A DNA stretch of 64,000 bases from Mobula hypostoma (Eukaryota): the NCBI RefSeq assembly GCF_963921235.1, contig NC_086101.1, forward strand, positions 992,001 through 1,056,000, read 5' to 3'. A program made the translations under genes and the position numbers. Positions 46,562 to 60,673 of the stretch are shown piece by piece. Every line of letters begins with the position of its first letter. Position 1 is the stretch's first letter. Under the pieces are notes generated by a model, which was given only the letters and a program-made list of their open reading frames with translations, did no database searches and had not been told where the DNA came from.

Positions 46562-49096
46562 GTAATGAATTAGATTCAAGATTTACCCAATGAGGGTTTA
46601 AAGATGCGTCCAAATCTTGTAACCGGAATTTTAAATATCAAATATTAATTGCCCAATAATAGAATCTAAAATTCGGGAGGGCGAGCCCCCCCTCCTTTTT
46701 AGATTTCTGTAGATACCTTTTACCTAACCTAGGATTTTTATTCTGCCAAATATAAGAGGAAATTTTTGAATCTACGTTATCAAAAAAAGATTTTGGGATA
46801 AAAATTGGAACCGATTGGAATATATACAAAAATTTAGGCAAAATGATCATCTTAATAGCATTAATCCGACCAATCAAAGACGAAGAGATTGGGGACCATT
46901 TGGTAAATAAAAGTTTAATCTGATCAATTAAAGGTAAAAAATTAGCTTTAAATAAATCTTTATACTTTTTCGTAATTGTTATCCCTAAATATATAAATGA
47001 ATCAGTAACCAATTTAAATGGTAAACGTCCATAAATAGGTACATGCTTATTTAACGGGAATAATTCACTGTTACTAAGATTCAATTTGTAACCAGAGAAG
47101 TTACTAAATTGAGCTAACAGGTCTAGGATAGCAGGAATTGACTTCTCCGGGTTAGAGATGTATAACAACAAATCATCTGCATATAATGATAATTTATGTA
47201 TTTCGTTTCCACGGGTAATACCAACAATATTTGGCGAGTCACGAATAGCAATTGCTAAAGGTTCAAGAGCAATATTAAGTAGTAAAGGACTAAGAGGGCA
47301 ACCTTGCCTAGTACCACGAAAAAGAGGAAAAAAAAGGAGATCTATAATTATTTGTACAAACCGAGGCTACCGGGGAGTAATATAACAATTTAATCCAAGA
47401 TATAAATGTCAAATTAAAATTAAATTTCTCAAGAACATTAAATAAGTAAGGCCATTCAACTCTGTCAAAGGCTTTCTCGGCATCTAATGAGATAATACAT
47501 TCCGGGGTAGTAAATCAGGGGGTATAAACAATATTCATTAACCTCCTAATATTAAAGGATGAATAGCGATTTCTTTAATAAATCCGGTTTGATCCATAGA
47601 AATAATTTACCCTCATTGGGTAAATCTTGAATCTAATTCATTACAAGGATTCTTCTTGGGTTCGGTTTTAGGAACTTTACTTCCTTTTACTTCTTTTAAA
47701 TCATATAAACAAATGAACAACCCAATAGTTAAGCATACTTTACGTATATGGTTTCAATTCCGAAGATTTTTTGAGTTTAATCAATTTATTCTAGCAAGTC
47801 CTATTATATCAAATTTTCTTTTTCAACCTTCTACGATGGATCAAGCTTACTTTGATTGGAAAACCAAAGGTATAATATCTTTTCGCGATTTATTCTTGGA
47901 TAACTGTTTTATGTCTTTTGATCAACTCTCTAATAAATATAACTTACCCAGATCTCACTTTTTTAGATATCTACAGATTAGAAACTTTTTAATTACTGTT
48001 TCCCCTAATTTTCCACATCCATATCCAATGGACACTTTCGAAAAAATCTTAGATTTAAATCTCTCTCAGAAAAGTGTAGTAGCAATTATATATAATATAA
48101 TTATGAATCTATGTCCTGATGCTTCTAATAAAATTAAAGCTGACTGGGAAAGAGAACTTGAGATTAATATACCGACTGAAAAATGGGAAAAAATTCTTCA
48201 GTTGGTGAATTCATCCTCTGTATGTGCTAAGCATAGGTTGATACAGTTTAAAGTAGTGCCCAAGGCTCATATGTCCAAAGATAAACTATCTCGTTATTAC
48301 TCTTATATTAATCCAATATGTGACAGATGCCATTCCGAGATAGCTTCTTTAACCCACATGTTCTGGTCATGTCCCTTGTTGGAGAAATATTGGAAAGATA
48401 TTTTCGATATTATTTCAATAGTCCTAAATATAGACTTACAACCTCATCCAATTACTGCTATCTTTGGACTACCAATGATAGACTTAAATAATTTAACCTC
48501 TTCATCACGAAGGATGATTGCATTTCTTACTTTAATAGCTAGAAGGTCCATTTTGTTGAATTGGAAAGAGATCAACCCTCCTACTGTATTTCATTGGTTT
48601 TCACAAACTATGGTGTGTTTGAATTTGGAGAAAATTAGAAGTGCAGTTTATGACCCTTCAATTAAGTTTGAAAAAACTTGGAGGCCATTCATTCAGCATT
48701 TTCATTTGATGTAATTTGATCATTTCCAAACTTGTTTTATCTCCCTGTACTGTTGTTGGAGGGGATTGGAGTCGTCGACACTAAGGTTTTCTTCTTTTCC
48801 ATTTTTAAGTTGTTATTTGCCCAAGTCTTTTAGGTTAGTTGATTAATTTTGTTTTTCTTTGGGGATGGGTTTTTTTTTGTTTTGTTTTTTTTTTCTTTTT
48901 CATTTTTTTTTCCAGTTTTTTTTTATTTTGTATTATCCGTGGTTAGTTCTACATGTTTGGGAGCTTTGTTAATTTCCACTACTTGGTTTTGCAATTAATT
49001 TTTTTAAGTGTAACATTACATCTCCTTCTATTTGTATTATGGCTATGTTCTGTTTCTGTATTTTGAAATTAATAAAAAGATTGAAAAAGAAAGAAA
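46562..49096. mobile_element. 5'-inverted L1: 46562-47608 (-) and 47609-49096 (+)
   Basis: RT part on the minus strand (ORF 46638-47171); C-terminal CCHC part on the plus strand (ORF 47656-48714); aataaa and A-rich tail; TSD gagaattctc at 46552-46561 and 49097-49106. Confidence 0.9.
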
Positions 49097-51657
49097 GAGA
49101 ATTCTCAGTCACTTGTATTAGACAGCGTTTTAAAAGTTAGTGATGAGATAAAATTGACGAGGTAAGTGTTACTGGAAATAATGGGAAAAATGTTGTTAAT
49201 GTTGTTCCTGGACTTTTGAATAAAGTACTGGTAAAGGTTGGATTGGTTGCGTGACCTTTGACCCTGCTTGCAGGACAAAGGCCTGCTGAGGAGGTATGTT
49301 CCCCCCTGTTGAATTTTGTTTGGACATTTGGAGGTGAACACCTGAAAGGTTATGATGTTATTCATGGTGATGTTGTGGAGAAGAAGGATTTCTATGGGTT
49401 TGAGACGCCATTGTTGATTGATGTTATGGGCATAAGTCGAAGTGAAGATCGTAGAAATTTAATAAATGGATTGTTTGGCCTCTTCCACAATGTACTCATG
49501 GTTCTTATAAGTCTGGTGATGGTGATAAGTTTAGTAAACAATGTGGGGAGATTGACACCTCTCCAAGATGAGGCTGATTTAACATTTCAACTGATGAGCA
49601 AAGCTGTTGCTAGTGAACCACACAGAAAGACTGATGTTTATCCCACATGCACAATTACTCGAAGCATGTTTTGGAAGTCTGCTGAGGCCCATAATAGCAA
49701 AAGCAGAGGTTTAAAGTATGATGATATGTCACAGACTTCTCTACCTTTCATGTTACAATAGGATTTGAAGAGTAAGGTGCATGAGGAAGGTTTGTCCTTA
49801 TGGAGGAATGAATTTAAAGAGGAACAGAATAAAGATTCTGAAATGGTGGATTTGAAGGAGACAGCTCTCACTGAAGAGGAGGTTTAGAGAGAGTCAGTAC
49901 GATATTGTCTTAAAGATGGGTTGTTAATGAGGAAGTGGAGACCAGCCACTGTGCCTGCAAGTCAGGTAGTAGTTCCAAAAGTTTACAGGGCTGAAATTTT
50001 AAACATGGTTTACAGTATGCATTTAGGCAGACATTATGAGTGAGAAAGACAGTGTACAGGATTATGAAGGAATTTTATTGGCCTAATTTTAGAGAGGATG
50101 TTGTGAATTTTTGCAGGACTTGCCATACCTGCCAGGTTGAGGAGACACTTAATCAGGTTATTCAAGTAACACCACTTAAACCGATACATGCTTTTGGTGA
50201 ACCTTTTTCTAGGGTCATAGTGGGTTGTGTGGGCCCATTGCTAAAGACTGCAGCTGGTCATCAATATCTGTTAACAATTATGCGTGCTGTGTCTAGGTTC
50301 CCTGAAGCCGTGCCCTTTGTAAACATCAAGGCCAAGACTGGTAAAAGCATTCAGTAAGTTTTTCACACTGGTAGGTCTGCCCAAAGAAATTCAATTTGAC
50401 CATTGTAGTAACCTTACTTCGAGAACATTCCAGTGAATAGTTGGAGAATTGGGAGCTAAGCACACTGTGTCATCTGCATATCATACAGAGTCCGAGGGAG
50501 CCTTGGAACGGTTCAACTCCACTCTTAAGACCATGATTAAAACATATTGTGTGAAAAATGGGAAAAACTGGGATGAGGGGGTTCCCCTACTTTTATTTAC
50601 TGTTGGAGATACGATTCAAAAATCATTGGAGGGTAGCCTGTTTGAACCTGTGTTCAGTTACAGGCCAAAAGGACCTTTGACCCTACTCAGAGACACTATG
50701 GTCTGATTTGGAAACATGTGTCAGTGTGCTTAATTATGTTTTAACATTCTGGGAGCAATTTAATAAGGGTTGTGACCTGGCAAGGGAAAGTTTGCGGAAT
50801 GTTCAAATTGAAATACAACACTTGTTTGATAAGATGGCACCTGGGAGAACTGTTATGAAAACAAATGGAGATATAGAGGCTGAAAATGAGATGAAAAAGC
50901 ATTTCACCAAACCGAACTTAGTATCAACAAGATGTAAGACTTCCATTGTTTTGAAAAATATTACTGATAAGGTCCATCAGTTGGAACCTACACTGCAAAA
51001 ACAAGCGAAAGAATTAATTGGCAAGCAGGAAGATTTATTCCCTGACATTCTAAGACAGTGTACAGCTGAAGGGCATGACTTCATTGTAAATTCAGCCCAG
51101 CCCATCAGGGAGCATCCTTACAGAATGAATTTAGAGGAAAGTAACATGGTTGAACAAGAAATTAGAAACAAGAAAGAACCAGGAAAGAGAGTGGGTGACT
51201 GTATTGATAGAGTAGGAAAGACTAACTACCTTACAAAGATTGAATTGTTAAAAGGATGCCGGGGTGTTCCTTTCACAGAGAAGGCTAAAGAGATATCAGC
51301 ATTTGTGACACCGTCTAGACTGTATGAATATAATGTTTTACCCTTCGGGATGAAAGATGCTCCAGGGACATTTCAAAGAATGATCAATTCTGTGATTGGA
51401 GGTTTAGAAAACACAGGGGCTGATAACGATGATGTAGTGGTCTGGAATGACACGTGGGAAGAGCATATCGCAGCGGTAGAAAAACTGTTTGACAGACTTT
51501 CCAAGGCCAATCTTACTGTAAACCTCACTAAAAGTGAGTTTGGCCATTCCAGAGTTACATATCTGGGCTACGTGGTAGGCCAGGGTCGACTGGCTCCTGT
51601 ACAGGCCAGCGTTCAAGCTGTTGCTGAAGTTCCTATTCCGGCTGGCAAGAAAGCTTT

Positions 51658-53395
51658 AGAACATAGAATAGTACAGCACAATACAGGCTCTTCATCCCAC
51701 AATGTTGTGCCGACCATCAAACCCTGCCTCCCGTATAACCACCCAACTTAAATTCCTCCAAATACCTGTCTAGTAGTCTCTTAAACTTCACTAGTGTATC
51801 TGCCTCCACCACTGACTCAGGCAGTGCATTCCACGCACCAACCACTCTCTGAGTGAAAAACCTTCCTCTAATAACCCTCTTGAACTTCCCACCCCTTACC
51901 TTAAAGGCATGTCCTCTTGTATTGAGCAGTGGTGCCCTGGGGAAGAGGCGCAGGCTATCCACTCCTCTTATTCCTCTTATTATCTTGTACATCTCTATCA
52001 TGTCTCCTCTCATCCTCCTTCTCTCCAAAGAGTAAAGCCCTAGCTCCCTTAATCTCTGATAATAATGCATACTCTCTAAACCAGGCAGTATCCTGGTAAA
52101 TCTCCTCTGTACCCTTTCCAATGCTTCCACATCCTTCCTATAGTGAGGTGACCAGAACTGGACACAGTACTCCAGGTGTGGCTGACCAGAGTTTTATAGA
52201 GCTCCATCATTACATCGTGACTCTTAAACTCTATCCCTCCACTTACGAAAGCTAACAACCCATAAGATTTCTTAACAACCCTATCTCCCCGTGAGACAAC
52301 TTTCGGGGATCTGTGGACATGTACCCCGAGATCCCTCTGCTCCTCCACACTACCAAGTATCCTGCCATTTACTTTGTACTCTGCCTTGGAGTTTGTCCTT
52401 CCAAAGTGTACCACCTCACACTTCTCCGGGTTGAACTCCATCTGCCACTTCTCAACCCACTTCTGCATCCTATCAATGTCTCTCTGCAATCTTTGACAAT
52501 CCTCTACACTATCTACAACACCACCAACCTTTGTGTCGTCTGGAAACTTGCCAACCCATCCTTCTACCCCCACATCCAGGTCGTTAATAAAAATCACGAA
52601 AAGTAGAGGATCCAGAACAGATCCTTGTGGGACACCACTAGTCAGAATCCTCCAATCTGAATGTACTCCCTCCACCACCACCCTCTGCCTTCTGCAGGCA
52701 AGCCAATTCTGAATCCACCTGGCCAAACTTCCCTGGATCCCATGCGTTCTAACTTTCTGAATAAGTCTACCATGTGGAACCTTGTCAAATGCCTTACTAA
52801 AATCCATACAGATCACATCCACTGCACTACCCTCATCTATATGCCTGGTCATCTCCTCAAATAATTCTATCAGGCTTGTTAGACACGATCTGCCCTTCAC
52901 AAAGCCACGCTGACTGTCCCTGATCAGACCATGATTCTCTAAATGCCCAGAGATCCTATCTCTAAGAATCTTTTCCAACAGCTTTCCCACCACAGACGTA
53001 AGGCTCACTGGTCTATAATTACCCGGGCTATCCCTACTACCTTTTTGAACAAGGGGACAACATTCGCCTCCCTCCATTCCTCCGGTACCATTCCCGTGGA
53101 CAACGAGGACATAAAGATCCCAGCCAGCGGCTCAGCAATCTCTTCCCTCGCCTCGTGGAGCAGCCTGGGGAATATTCTGTCAGGTCCCGGGGACTTAACT
53201 GTCTTAATGTATTTTAACAACTCCAACACCTCCTCTCCCTTAATATCAACATGCTCCAGAACATCAACCTCACTCATATTGTCCTCACCATCATCAAGTT
53301 CCCTCTCATTGGTGAATACCGAAGAGAAGTATTCATTGAGGACCTCGCTCACTTCCACAGCCTCCAGGCACATCTTCCCACCTTTATCTCTAATA
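51658..53395 (-). mobile_element. 5'-truncated CR1 (family A) inserted in the Gypsy RT
   Basis: ORFs 51717-52130, 52076-53077 and 53005-53373. Gypsy KKAL|R.F.GMVGYYRKF resumes at about 53410. Confidence 0.93.
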
Positions 53396-53690
53396 AGGTT
53401 TTAGGAAGGTTTTAAGAAGTTTTTCGGGAATGGTTGGGTATTATCGTAAGTTTTGAAAGAATTTTGCAGACATCGCTCTTCTCCTAACAAAACTCCTAGG
53501 GAAGAGTGAAAGGTTTGTAAGGAATGACCTTTGCCAGGAGGCATTTGAATGTCTGAAAACCATACTGTGTTATCATCCTGTGCTCAAAGCACCTGATTTT
53601 TCCAAGCCATTTCCAAAAGCAACAACGGCCAGTGACGAAGCTGCTGGGGCAGTACTGTTACAGAGGGGAGTGGATGACATTGAACACCCA

Positions 53691-53830
53691 CAACACGCTA
53701 GCGGAACTCAGCAGGTCGGGCAGCATCCGTGGAAAAGATCGGTCGACGTTTCAGGCCAGAACCCTTCGTCAGGAATGTAGAGGGAAGGGGCAGAGGCCCT
53801 ATAAAGAAGGTGGGGGGAGGGTGGGAAGAG
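53691..53830 (-). mobile_element. Penelope-like pseudo-LTR fragment with a hammerhead motif
   Basis: TSD ttgaacaccca at 53680-53690 and 53831-53841; minus strand reads ctgacga-agggttctggcct-gaaacgtcgac. Confidence 0.8.
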
Positions 53831-54261
53831 TTGAACACCCAGTAGCCTATTTCTCAAAGAAATTTAATGCCCACCAGAAAAAAAATTTCTCAACTCTTGA
53901 AAAGGAATTGCTAGCACTTATTCTCTGATTGCAATATTTTGAGGTTATGTTTGTCCTGCTAAGAGACCCCTTGTGGTTTACACGGAGTCTAAACAACCGT
54001 TGGTGTTTCTGACTAAGATGAAGGATAAGAATAGAAGGTTATTAAATTGGAGTCTGATATTGCAAGTATATGATTTAAAAATCAAACATGTGAAAGAAAC
54101 TGACAATATTATAGCTGATTGTTTATCCAGATGTTAAGTTGGAAATTGTACATGCTTTTGCTCTGTCATCTGATGATCATACATGTATTGTTTCAAACTC
54201 TAATTTACATTTAAACAAAAAATTCCGCCTTCATGAAAATTTTTTTTTTGAAGAAACGGGG

Positions 54262-55004
54262 TGTGACGGGATCCTGAATTACCCCTGTGTGTGTGTGTGT
54301 GTTGGGGGAGGGTGGGGAGGGAGGGAGGGAGGGAGGGAGAGAGTGATGTTTACATTTCTACAAGGACATGGCCTGCTTGTACATTCTTACACAGAGAGAG
54401 AAGGGGGGAGCTGATCTGAGAGACAGTTGGTGTTCAGCACGGGGAGATAAATAGAAGGTCAGATGATAGACCTGACACATGATTTTGGACACCGAATGAG
54501 CTTTGTTGTGCCCACAGAAAAAGTGGGTTTTTGGAGGATCGATCAGTGGCTCTTTCAGTGTGAACAGGGCGTGACCGGTGGGGAGTTATTTGTGTGTCCA
54601 ACCGCTCCACCACAGAAGAACGGTCCCCTTTGTTGTGGTTACAGTTGGTAACTTTTAACGGATTTCGGAGAACAACGGGAAGATCCACAGCGTCAGCTCA
54701 CCTGAAGACTCAAATCTCTCCCTCTGTCTCTCTCCATCACTACTCAACTCAATACCATGAACTGAACTGAACTTTACTCATCATTGTAAAACTATCTATT
54801 TACCCCTAGACTTGAAGAAGCTTGGTTTTCATATATATTCCAAACTTACTTATGTATAATCATTGCTAACCTGTTTGATTTATCTGCATTTATATTACTG
54901 TATTGCATAGTTACTAATGATCGAGTATTAGTTAATAGCAATACCGGACTCCAAAGTGTTTTCCATCTCTGCTGGCTCTTTAACCGGTCACGGGGTACGT
55001 GACA
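54262..55004 (+). mobile_element. 3' LTR of the Gmr1-like element
   Basis: Starts TGTGAC directly after the purine tract and ends cgtgaCA. Confidence 0.8.
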
Positions 55005-56279
55005 CATGTCAGAGTCACTGACAGCCCAGCCGGTCAGAATTCAGGACTTTCCTGTCCTTGAGAGGAAGGTGGAGAAAGATGGGGACATACAAGACCGTAG
55101 GGTGATGGGAGATATTGTATTTAGTTAAGCAAAGTAAGAGGAGGTATATGTAAGGTTTAGGAAGCTGAAATTGGACAGGGTCTTGGAGGAACATGAAGGA
55201 AGCAAGAAGCAAGTCACACTGTGAACCAGGAGAGTGAACAGTGACCAGGAAATGTCCTCAGTGAGAAGGATCAACGATAATACCAAGTCAACAGTGTGTC
55301 TGGAGAGGACAGGACCACGCAAGGACAAAGAAGGGAGATTATGGCTGGATACAGAGTTAGAACGCGTGGTAGGAAATGAATACTTTGTCATCCATTGCTG
55401 TTCACTAAGGAGAAGGGCATGGAGGAAAGCGAGATCAGGAAGGGGGTATGATGATATTCACCGACGTTTTGATGCTAAGAAGAAGGTGGTGTGGGTCTTT
55501 CAAAGAGAATTAAGTGGGTAAATCCTTAGGGTGGTTTAGTCCATTGGGGGCACAGACCACATGCAGGGAAACATGAAGTTTAAACTGACATCATGGGCAA
55601 CACACACACACAGTGAGCTGAGGGGACTGTTCTTGTGTGCTACTCTTCACTGTTTACCACTCAATGATTTGAGGCCCAATTGGCCACAGATCAATGGGGC
55701 ATGCAACACAAATTTAATTTCTACAGTAACTGTGGTTCTCACCTGGGACACACTGCCTGGAACAACCAATCAGAGTGTTCAAAGAGGAACTGAACAAATA
55801 TTTCAGGGGAAATAACCTGCCAAACTGTGGGAAGAGAATGGGGAATGGGTCAGTGGGAATATTCTACCAGGAGCTAGGATAGACTTGATAGTTTGAATAC
55901 TGTACCCCATCTCACAATGGCCCTGTGCCCACTTATGATGTCAAAAACTCAGTCCGGTCTATAATTCATAGACACCATCAATCACCTCAATCCCACTGGG
56001 CATTTTTCAAGATGTAACGGAGTGCTGATAAAGGAAAAAAACTATGAGTTGCCCTTCAATTTCCAAAGTTTTTTTTTGCAATAACAGCAGGAGAAAGAGG
56101 AACCGAAACGTAGCCAGGTTATGGAAAAATGAAAAAAATTCGGAGTGGTGTGTGAGTGTAATTTCCCCAATATTGACTGGGATTCTTCGTGCAGAGGCTG
56201 AGAGCGGCCGAATTTGTTTGTCATTCTAAAACGTTTTACCAGCAATTACAGCCCATACTATGTAGGTTTGTAGCACATT

Positions 56280-56860
56280 TAACATATAATCTAAAACTTT
56301 GACAAACTTCTATAGGTGTACAGTGGAGAATATCCCGACTGGCTGCATTGATTTTCTTGTGGGCATACACAGTACATACAAAGAAGCTCAATGGATCAAT
56401 GAAAAACTGCGCTCAGCTGAGACGGTCTGGTTTGAAAACATCAGTGCCTTTGAATGGAATAGCCAATGAAAAGTTGTGGATGCAGCCAGTCGATCACAGG
56501 TAAAGCCCACCCCACCGCTGAACACATCTACATGGAGTGCTGTCACAGGAATGCAACATCGAACATCAAGGAACCTCATCGTCCAGGTGGTGCTCGCTTA
56601 TCAATGCTGCCTGAAAGAAGGAGTTACCGGTTCCTGAGGTCCCATAATACCCGGTTCAGGAATAGCTATTACCCCTCAATGATCAGGCTTTTGAAGCAGA
56701 GGGGATAATTTCACCCACCGCAACAATGAACCAATGAACTAACGTTTAGGGTCGCCACAACTCATGTTCTCGATATTTACTTCGCATTTATTGCCATTTT
56801 GTTTTGTTTCTTTTATTTACACAATTCTGTTGTCTTTGTTGTCTTTTGTACATTGGCGAT
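56280..56860 (+). mobile_element. Rex1/Babar-like LINE 3' fragment
   Basis: EHIYMECC...SMLPERRSYRFLRSHNTRFRNSYYPSMIRLL (ORF 56466-56708). Confidence 0.65.
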
Positions 56861-57470
56861 CTATCCGCCTTACTTGTAAACAATGAATCCGAGCGTACTA
56901 ATTGTTATGCATCTGTTCATTCACAATCGATGTTCTTGAAACACTGCATTTCAGTGATTACCTGCACTTGTGACTTCGGGATGGGAGTGGAATCATTACT
57001 GAAACAGCCAAATCCTGTTCAGCCCAGAAGACAATTTTGAAGGATTCCTGCAGTGATACCCGGAAGCTGGTGTGATTGACTGCTGACAACCCACCAGTTT
57101 CTGATTGAGGGGAAGATGGTGTGCTCACTTTGCTTCCTGGTTACTTCTGTATTTATCAATACTGGTTGATGGTGCGTTCTGTCAAAGGTTAGATTCATTT
57201 CTTGTGCCGTCACCCTCTAGATTCTACCAAAAGGAGAGGGGCTGTTATAAGAGATTCCATCTTCCAAAATTCTTTTGACATAACAAGTTTGACACCAGTA
57301 TTTATGGAATCAAGGGAAATAATGAACTTGTCATTTCCAGTGTTACTCCGGATCTAATGCAACATAACAGAATAACACAGTGAGATAAAGAACACAATAA
57401 AACATCACAATCAATATAAATACATATTTTACAATATGGAACTGACAAACATACATTTGTTGTATATGAG

Positions 57471-57675
57471 TGTAAGGGGTTTCTTCTTTCATGTTACTGT
57501 GCAGGCTAATGGCTTCTTTGTTATGTTAAATGCTGAGAAAGTTTTCTCGCTAGCAGCTTGTTTGGGTTATATTATTGATAATAGAGTTAACGAACCAATT
57601 GGGATGGATGTTATTCTTTCTAGTGTGTCTGTAAGTTATTGTGATGCGTGGGTTTTTGAGGAGAAGGCGCGATAT

Positions 57676-57713
<38 letters not shown>

Positions 57714-58192
57714 GATGGACAAGGTGCTGTGAGCCGGCTAACGGTCTTGGAGCCCGAGCAGGAGTCCGAGGTCCAGGGTGCTCGGCGAGGAGAGGAGACG
57801 GAGAGAGACACGTGCAGAGCATCTGGTCGACCACCGTGGGTGGTCCCAGGCGGCCGGTCGAGGTGGTCAGATGGGATCGAATGGTGAAGAGAGGATCGTT
57901 ACTAGAGCTCTAACTGTTTGTGGAGGAAGAGATTGAACTTTGATAAGTGTGGCGCCTTTGATTTTCCTTTTATATTTTATCTTATTAATTATATAGTTCC
58001 AGTAATATCTATAAACTGTAATTCATTTAATCGTATCTGGTGTATTGTCTGTTATTTGGTGGGGTGGGGTACATCACACAGCATCCACACAAATTAATTA
58101 CCCAGTTTGGCGGGGTCGAGGGCTGTTTCCCTAGACGACAGCGAGCCGAGCGACCCTGAGGCTTACCGGGGGGCCGGGGGCGGGGGGCTACA
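57471..58192. mobile_element. LTR-like element containing a (GA)n microsatellite
   Basis: TGTA...TACA termini and CpG-rich interior; no clear TSD. Confidence 0.45.
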
Positions 58193-58943
58193 TATATATA
58201 AGAAAAAATCATGTTCATTTCCATTCTCAAATTAAAGGACATCAGATAGGGGTAAAACGTGCTGACATGGATTAGGAATCTATTGACAGATTGGAAACAG
58301 AGGGATTTTTTCCTCCATATTTTCGAGGTGGCAGGTATTTACTCTTGGGCCAGTGAAGGGATCAGAGCTTCATAAAACAGCGGCTCACAATGTACACCAG
58401 TGACCTGTCCAAGTGAGCTACATTTAGTAAACGGTGGGGAACTAGAATAGTATTTCAGAACAGTTGGCGGAGAGATAATGAGCAATTAATCAAAAGGTTA
58501 GTTTGGCCATAGCTGGAGTACCATGTTTGTGAAATATATTTGCATCCCCTGTTCAGTCACCTGCCAATGTATTAACATCCTGAATCGAGCCCGGCAAAGG
58601 GATTGGTAGTCACCTTCTGATAGTTCTCCTTTATTCCATGTCTCCTTATTATTCTCTCACAGGCCAATGATGACATCGCTCCCTTCCCAGACCGCCTTTT
58701 ATGAAACTACATTCACTGGAAACCAAAGTGAAGACGCTACAATGGAGAAAGTCATCTCCTGCACAATGGAAAATCAGTGTGTTTTTTTTGCGTCCATCAC
58801 TCCAGGCCCAGAACTTCTCTGCTGGAATTCCTCGCATCTGTCCCTTGGGCTCAAACACCTTCAAATGCTTCAGCAGTTATTCTTCTTTCACTGCACGTTT
58901 CGAAGAGTGGTAACACAAACACGAGAAAATCTAGAGATGCTGG

Positions 58944-59627
58944 TGTGACGAGAATACACATAAATTAAGATGTTTGCTGGCCTGGGATAGCACCAGTGGC
59001 ATCAGCAGTTGGTCTGCCACCTGTCCTCAGGGGAGGGAGAGATAAGGAACAATGAAGCAGCATTTGGAGATGTTAATGAAGGAGCCATCTGTCTGGGTAT
59101 TGTCAAGATCGGCTCCCCCTTTGAACCCTGAACTGTTTGAAGTGATGGACAGGCGATCTGGAGATGTGTAATGAAGGGACGGAAGAGAGAGCTGTCTAGA
59201 GCGGCTCCCCCTTTGAACCCTGAACTGTTTGAAGTGATGGACAGGTTCGCTAAGGCAGGACACACACGACACTCGAGGTAACGAGACCCTGGAAGCGGTG
59301 CGCCTCTCACAAGTCGGTGGGAAGTACCAGGCCATAAACGCACAGGGTGGAAAGGTACGATCAGCGGGAACCCGGTGTGTGTCCGCCCTTGCTTGGGTGC
59401 CGGGTTCACTGCAGAAGATCGACCGCATCTGGAGGAGGGGTCACAGTCGGTGACCTCAGGTGACATCACAAAGGACCCGCCCGAAAGCTGCTTGTGAGCA
59501 ATATCGCCGGTCTGTGAGTGGAAGCCGTTTCTGAATGATCAGTCGTTCCCGTTCTCTCTCTCTCCCTCCCCCCACGTTGTCCATCGCCATGGCAATGATT
59601 ACTGCGAACTGAACTAAATTGAACTAA
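58944..59627 (+). mobile_element. Truncated LTR related to the Gmr1-like LTR
   Basis: Starts TGTGACG and shares the gaactgaact motif with 54760; internal direct repeat of about 44 bp at about 59110 and 59202. Confidence 0.55.
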
Positions 59628-59987
59628 ATCATTCTCCCCAAAACTCCACCAAACACTACCCTGGTTTGTGGCTAGACTTGTACTCATCAGGACTTAGTCG
59701 CTGTTGGTTCCAATACCTCCATTTGTAAAACCCAGCTCTCCGTTTGCCTGATTGTAGCGATGTACTGAGCCCTGGAAATGGTCCTTTACGCTAATGAAGT
59801 TCGCATTTTCTGTTCAACGTAACCGCTCCCATAGCAATTCCTGCCCGCAATCGTGATGTGAATTCTGTCTGTGGAATATGGTAGAGATCATATCTGATCC
59901 CAGCACCTCATATTATATTCAATAACGCTGAATAAATAATGTAATTCTGGGTCATTCTGAGATAGATTTTCAACTGGTCTGTCCAGG

Positions 59988-60673
59988 GATTTGGTGTAGC
60001 CTGCTGAAAATTCCCAGGGTTACGTAGTCTTGTTTTGAAGTTGAAGAAATCTGTAGAATTAGGTAGAGGCCAAAGACACCGAGAGCTCGTGCACATGGGC
60101 TGACAGTTCGAGAAACTTGCCGAAAATTGCAACACCCTGACATTGAAGATCTCTGAGAGCAGACCTGCAGACGAAATATTAGATGGAGGAAATAGAAAGT
60201 GCTCAGACCGGTTACCTTCCAGAGGCCAAAGACAAGCTGAATGGTGCGTTCATTTGCCGCAAGATACTTCCCTTCTGCACACGAGAGACTGGGAGACAGA
60301 GGCGATCGGAGAAGGGGAATTGTCAGGGTAGGGCCAATGTCCACAATAGTTATGTCCTTCCGAGAATGAACGCAAGCTCACGGTTAGAATGCGACGTTTT
60401 CTCTTTGATGAGGAGCAGCCGGAGCCAGTGCTGGATTCCGGGAGCAACGCTCACCGATGCCGGGACCAGTACAGCTGCTTCATTGGGGCTGGGTGGAATA
60501 GGTCTGCGGGAAATGCGATTGCACTCACAGAGGGTGGTTCTGCTATTGTGTCCTGTCCCGAATCTAGGAAGGAGAACTCAGTGGAACTGGAATGGGACCT
60601 AATTCCTGATCAGTCCTCTGGGAATAGAACCTTGGTCATGGAGAGACCTGAGCTGATGTTATATTGGGACTAG
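59988..60673 (+). pseudogene. Possible decayed immunoglobulin-superfamily exon(s)
   Basis: A one-base shift joins IPGATLTDAG to QYSCFIG, giving D-x-G-x-Y-x-C. Also LTLKISESRPADE and LTEGGSAIVSC...VELEW. Several stops. Confidence 0.35.

Larger units (their letters stand above)
45890..54261 (+). mobile_element. Decayed Gmr1-like Gypsy internal region (gag with SCAN-like segment, protease, integrase, RT, RNase H) with nested L1, CR1 and Penelope insertions
   Basis: LLLFDEFKSCLPYEVRAYL (46130-46260); integrase FYWP...CRTCHTCQ and core (50040-50706); RT (about 51000-51650); RNase H EHPVAYFSKKF and EKELLA (53580-53930); PPT gaagaaacgggg before the LTR. Confidence 0.88.

Noticed and set aside
957..53395. 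A 49.4-kb tandem segmental duplication of the whole locus
   Set aside because: Similarity is confined to 957-3410 vs 50335-52788. The match of 1-60 to 53335-53393 is explained by shared CR1 family membership.
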